From: Eukaryota sp. TZLM1-RC
Taxonomy: Eukaryota; Protista; Metamonada: BaSk clade
Assembly (NCBI GenBank): GCA_040285825.1
Contig: JAUPSS010000004.1
Span: forward strand, 2,274,550 to 2,338,549
Length of the DNA: 64,000 nucleotides
Direction of reading: 5' to 3'
Shown: positions 58,741 through 64,000 of the stretch, in pieces
How positions within the stretch are numbered: position 1 is the first letter of the stretch
Layout: each line of letters starts with the position of its first letter
Made by a program: the position numbers and the translations under genes
The notes under the pieces: model-generated
The model's database searches: none
Seen by the model: the letters and a program-made list of their open reading frames with translations, nothing else
Told to the model about the DNA's origin: nothing

Positions 58741-61443
58741 ATTCTAAATATTTCAATATCAATATTCTTTTTGGCAATTTTTTGGTTCTTTTTGTTCTCC
58801 TTTTGAACAAAATTTCGTAAATAATTCCGAAGATTTAACTAATATAGCACCGAGAAATCAGTCATCCGAGAAATTAAGTAAAATTTTTGAAGACAAATAC
58901 TTTGACAACAAATGGTCCAAGGCTTTGTCTCCTTTAAGCCCCGGAGTTAAAGCACCCAACAATGAAAATACAATAGATAAACTAAAAAAAACTTCATCCT
59001 TATGAAGACCCTATAATGGATCAAAATTTTTACGGCACATACTGGGAAAATTATCCATTGATGCCATCAGAAGTATTTTCGGTGATAAAAAAGAGACCAC
59101 GCGGTAAGTCTGCCGGACTTTCTGGTATTACTATTGATCATGTAAAAGCCGCAATTATTTCTTCAGAAGATTGTCTTGGTTTATTAACCAAATTTTTCAA
59201 CAAAATATTGACTGGTCAACTCAGATATCCAGATGAATTGAGAAGTTCTCGTTTGACTGCACTTGTCAAAAATTCAAAAATGGATGTTCGTCCTATTGCA
59301 GTGTCTGAGAGCTTACAAAATATTTTTTCTGCGTGTTGTTTAAGCAGGTTCAATGAGAAAGCAAAAAAGATTTTATTACCCTTTCAATATGGAATTAATA
59401 CCACTGATGGAGTCTCTTCAGCGATATTTGCTACTGATGTATTATTTCGTCAAAATGAATCCACTGTTTGTATGTCATTGGATTCTAGTAATGCATTCAA
59501 TTCACTCAGTCGTCACAGTATCCATGGTGCCTTATTGCAATATATGCCGGAATTAATGCCGTATTTTCAATCAACATATAGCACATGGTCTAATATACAT
59601 TTTGGTAATAGCATTTTGAGTTCATCAAGTGGTGTAAAGCAAGGAGAACCGTTAGGACCTCTTTTGTTTTGTTTGGCCATTCATCCTATTTTATTGCAAA
59701 TTCAAGAGATGTTTCCATCGCTAAAAATGATTGCATATATGGATGATGTTGTGCTTATTGGTGATTTAAATATTGTGAAACAAGCAACTGTATGTTTTAA
59801 AGAATTATTTACCAAAATTGGTCTCCGACTTAATTTACTTAAATGTGTTTTGTTATCGAATTCTCCAGTTTCCACAATAGTTGATGGTATTGAAATTCAA
59901 GTCAAATTATATTCAATTGATGCTATTCGTCATTTGGGTTCGTTTTTAGGAAATAATGATGAAATTACCAAAAAATTGTTTGAAAAGTTGAACTCAATTT
60001 CTGACAAAATTGACCGAATGATGAATTTAGATATACAAAAACACATCAAATTTACCATTATCAGACTGTGTTTTAGTTCCAATTTTAATCATATATTTCG
60101 ATCTACAAATCCTCTCGTCACTAGACCTTTGGCTCAGAAGTTTAATGAATTACGTGCAAAAGTTCTGTCTCAATTACTGGGATGTAAAATGTTTCAAATT
60201 CCAGATCATGCTTACCTTAGTCCACATTATGGCGGTTTAGGGTGGACGAAGGCTTCTATTCTTACCTCGTGTGCTTTTTTTGGTGGATGCAGAAATGCAA
60301 TCTTTGAGTTTTCCGAAAGATTTGCAGATTGGGGAGATTTCTTGATGACAACGCAAAGTTCCACTGTTTTTGCATTAGATGAAGAAATTTCAAAAATTGA
60401 TGTAGAAAAAAGGGGTCGATGTTTTCCCCAATCATTCAATGGCAATATTCCAGAAAAAAATGTTTTAAATTTGAAGTACACTCTTCGAACATTACAGAAA
60501 CGATTGACTGGAATGTATGAAAAAGATCTTTATAATAATATATATGCAGCTCGGCTGTTTTAAATCAAGATTTTCACTCATGGTTATTGGAAAAGGGTGT
60601 TTGTGAAAACAAGTAATCAGATTCTTCACTTTTTGTAACCATTGTACCACGAAGATTTGGATTGTGTGCCACTAATGAAGCATTTGTAACTAAAATGAGA
60701 TTATATTTGAACATCCCCATTAATCAATTATTATCAAAAGAAAAATGTATTTGTTTGAACTCACCTCAACTCACTTTGCGCCATGCTCTGAATTGCTCTA
60801 AATTGATAACTTATCGTTCTTCATTACATGATGCTGTTAGAGACATTGTTTTCAATATGGCACAAACTGCAAGAATATCGTGTATCAAAGAGCCCCTGCT
60901 GAAAGAAACACCTTCTCTAATAATTTTGGTTCTGATGATAGAGGTGATGTATACTGTGATTGAATTGATAATTCTGAAGCTATTGTTGACTTTGTCTCAT
61001 GTAATGTTGCAAATGATACTTTGGTTCACAGAAGAAAACTTAATCCTGTGGCTGCTCTGGATTTTAAAGCAAAAGAGAAACACAGAAAATATGATAAAGA
61101 TATTGAAGAGGTTAATGTCGATAGAAATACACAGCTGGTTTTTATTGCTTTACCATTTTCGATAAATGGAAGATTATCAGATGAAGCAGAAACTTTTTTG
61201 AATGACTTCCAAAAAATGGTGCAAGAAAAGACAATGAAAAGATTTGATATTTTTTTATGGCGTTCACGGATTCCATTTGTCATTATTAATAGATTACCTC
61301 GGTTTTTCAATCGAATAAGAGAAGCTTTAGCTAGACAGCAAGCAGATCAAGATTTTGTAGAGGAAATCTTGGTTCAATGATAGTTGTCCCATAAGTTATG
61401 AGTTAATTTAATTAAGTGTGCAAATTCAATAAATATTATAATA
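58741..61443 (+). mobile_element. Long CRE-like retrotransposon (family R-B) inserted into Fz-2 copy B
   Basis: GKSAGLSG, VRPIAV, DSSNAFNS, GVKQGEPLGP, YMDD, frameshifted RLE; 12-bp TSD ATTTCTG(G/C)CAAT at 58729-58740 and 61444-61455. Confidence 0.92.
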
Positions 61444-61939
61444 ATTTCTGCCAATTACTTTCCAAATACACTTTCCTCCTGACCAAATTCCAACGGTTCA
61501 AATATTGGTTCAAATTTTGAACGGAATATTGGTTAGGAGAGTGTTTACTGGGTGAAGGTTTTGTCATGTATCTTCTGCAAGTTGGACAAGGAATAACTTC
61601 ACATTGATAATCATTTAAGAAGTAACCACATAATCTAGATTGGCCCAGATCAACGCCAATAAGGGGCATTTCAGGTAAAAGTCCGACTGGATGTCTACGT
61701 CTTCGACGGGGAATCTTTTTAGTGACCTTTAACTGTGTTTCTCTGGTTTTGTTGGCATTAGGGTCACTTTTCATTTCTTTATTTGATCTTCTTTTTCTTT
61801 TTCGGTGGTTCATCCAGCTCATCTGTGTTTTTCTGAGTCATTATTTTTACCTTCAAAGGTCAAAAGCATTTCATTACCATTAGCTTTCAATAAAAAATTT
61901 TAAATCTATTTTTCAAACTTTTTCTGTTGATATTGAATT
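61444..61939 (-). pseudogene. Fz-2 copy B, N-terminal half (RuvC-I), 5'-truncated
   Basis: LIGVDLGQSRL; colinear with ~43398-43870. Confidence 0.88.
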
Positions 61940-62289
61940 ATTTTCAGTCAATTTTCAGACGAGGAGTGAACAAAGATTTCAAAGATGCAGGATACAATGC
62001 CTGCACATCAGTTGTTTCTTTTTCTCCAACTACATGTCTTGCTTTTCGTGTTTTGTGACTATTAATATAGACACGCAATAATTGTGAATTGATGCAACTA
62101 CTCAAATGGAAATTGACAGAAATGAGATCTTCCTAATACTGCTGGATTTAAATTGCGTCGCAAAGATTAACAGTGTTCAGACCCACATCCGTAGTAATTT
62201 AAAGGAGTAAATGCAATAAATGCTGCAAAAATAACTGAATAATGCTTACAATTCCGTAAAGCGTAATTCCATTTATGATGTGTTTGTTC

Positions 62290-62740
62290 AAAAATTTGAA
62301 CTTTCAGCATTGTTGTATTTATTTTGCGTAAAAAAGGGTCGAACTTAATTTTTGACTCCTGTACCCTTGAATCTTCTTCTGATGTCAAACAGGGCAACCC
62401 CTGGCATTTTGCTTTTTTTGTTTGGCTATTCACATTACTATTGAAAGGGCCCGAAAATCTTTTCCTGAATCGAGTATTGTTGTTTAAATGGAGATTTTTC
62501 CCCTATCGATTCTTTCAAAAACATTTGTAGGGTTTCTGAATTTAGTGTTAACAAATACAAATAAATTAAATTAGCTTCGAACCCAAACAAATTTCTGTTG
62601 ATTGGTAGAGAAATACACAACATATTTTGACGCTAAATGGTGTAGACATGACATTCATTCATTTTGACCAACAAGCTTCAATGTCGGCTTGGTAATTTGG
62701 ATGAAATTGATTTGCAGTTGAAAAATTTATTGCTAAGGAT
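62290..62740 (+). mobile_element. Highly degraded RT remnant
   Basis: LIFDSCTLESSSDVKQGNP. Confidence 0.55.
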
Positions 62741-62799
62741 CTAATTTTTTGAAAATGAATGAAAAAGCATTTGTTAAACAACGAATAGAAATAACCGCA

Positions 62800-63520
62800 C
62801 AATTGAAGCTCCACATCCTCAAAACATGTAGCTCCCACATCGAAGCAGTTAATTGCTGAAGATTCGGAAAATTACCAAAATGAGAGTGAATCAAAAATTG
62901 GTTTCACCATTCCCTTAAAAATAAAAAAAGACAATCCTGTTTTTGCCAGTAAACACGATTGAAAATTCTTCCAATTCTTACCTTTACAACTACATCAAAA
63001 TCCTCAAGGAAAGCCATAGCAGCCTTACCTTATGATCCGAGCAAAGTAAAAAAACAAAGGGACATAAATTATATTGGACATGAGAATTTTCATTGACAGA
63101 AGAAATTAGTTCCTCGTATTTATTTAGCTATTTAGTATTTTTCGCCTACAAGAAGAGGATTATTGACATCTGAATTAATGAAATGGTCGTTAGAAGAATT
63201 ACAAGGGTCGATGCACGTGGCATCTAAAATGGTAAACCTGCCATTTAAGCCGGAAACAACCAAATTACCTCTTGTCAGACTTATAGAAGCTCTATTGTAG
63301 CGCGTACTATCAATAGTGGGACCATCAAGACTTAATTTTGATAGCAGAGGCTCTAAAAAGGAATCTACTCGATGAGATTTGCACATTACATGAATTTGAT
63401 CCCTGACATTATAAAGTATTTTAATTCTAAATGTAATTAAATGTTTTCAGTTCAAAAGATGAGCAAACAAAAGATGTTTACCACATTTACATGTTAAATG
63501 AGAAGGCAAATTGTTTGGCC
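62800..63520 (-). mobile_element. Degenerate R-C retrotransposon 3' fragment
   Basis: MCKSHRVDSFLEPLLSKL..DVNNPLLVGEKY; similar to 27765-28480. Confidence 0.85.
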
Positions 63521-63537
63521 ATGAGGAACAACAAAAA

Positions 63538-64000
63538 CGTCAATTCAAAAACTTGTTTTTAGTTGATGATAGAGATTTTTTGAGTTCTTTGTTTCATCAT
63601 CCTGAAAATATTTCAGACCTTCTGAATGATGAATTCTTCGATTTATGTGAACAACATGATAGAAGAAATAATGAACTTAGAGACATAATTGAAGGTCTTA
63701 TTGAGCCATTTACTTGTCAAATTGAGAATTTGGTCACTGACGAGAATTTAGTTGATAACATATTTCCAGTGGATATACATTTTCTTGCAGACGCTGTTGA
63801 AAAAGATCCTCAAATATTCATCAAACCAGCAATTGCAATTGCTCAATATATTTCCAGTTGAGAGAGAAAACCTTATCATATTTCTCCTGTTTCAACTACT
63901 GTAGGCCTTGGATATTTTCCTATTGATACAAGAACAATAAGGAGAATTGTTAAACAAACATTAATTGATGATTTATCATCTACACAGACGCTGAAAATGT
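63538..64000 (+). pseudogene. Fz-1 copy C, internal fragment running off the window end
   Basis: QFKNLFLVDD..LFHHPENI..DAVEKDP; similar to 16010-16470. Confidence 0.85.

Overview
AT-rich, gene-dense DNA from a flagellated microbial eukaryote (standard code, a few tiny 27-38 nt spliceosomal introns; possibly a metamonad, but that is inference only). Housekeeping and cilium genes are present: CEP78-like, dNK, delta-COP, V-ATPase e and G, BRO1/ALIX, CEP76-like, ROPN1L, a TLC protein, FAM192A-like, COMMD10, BUD31, VPS26, apyrase, a CDKL kinase and an SLC38-type transporter. Two classes of mobile DNA are interleaved with them. (1) At least six families of CRE-like non-LTR retrotransposons (RT plus restriction-like endonuclease, RLE), seven insertions of which have 11-13 bp TSDs, including a ~9.2 kb hierarchical tandem array of an RLE-only 3' fragment. 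(2) Three families of Fanzor/TnpB-like RNA-guided nuclease genes. The compact Fanzor family keeps its D-E-D RuvC triad and has a conserved, hairpin-rich downstream omegaRNA candidate whose last 20 nt recur exactly in the CDKL kinase promoter. Every Fanzor 3' end in the window lies 40-80 bp upstream of a co-oriented host ATG. Two conserved host genes appear to need introns with non-AG 3' ends (GT-AT and GT-TG). Family labels (R-A to R-E, R-X, Fz-1 to Fz-3) are my own.
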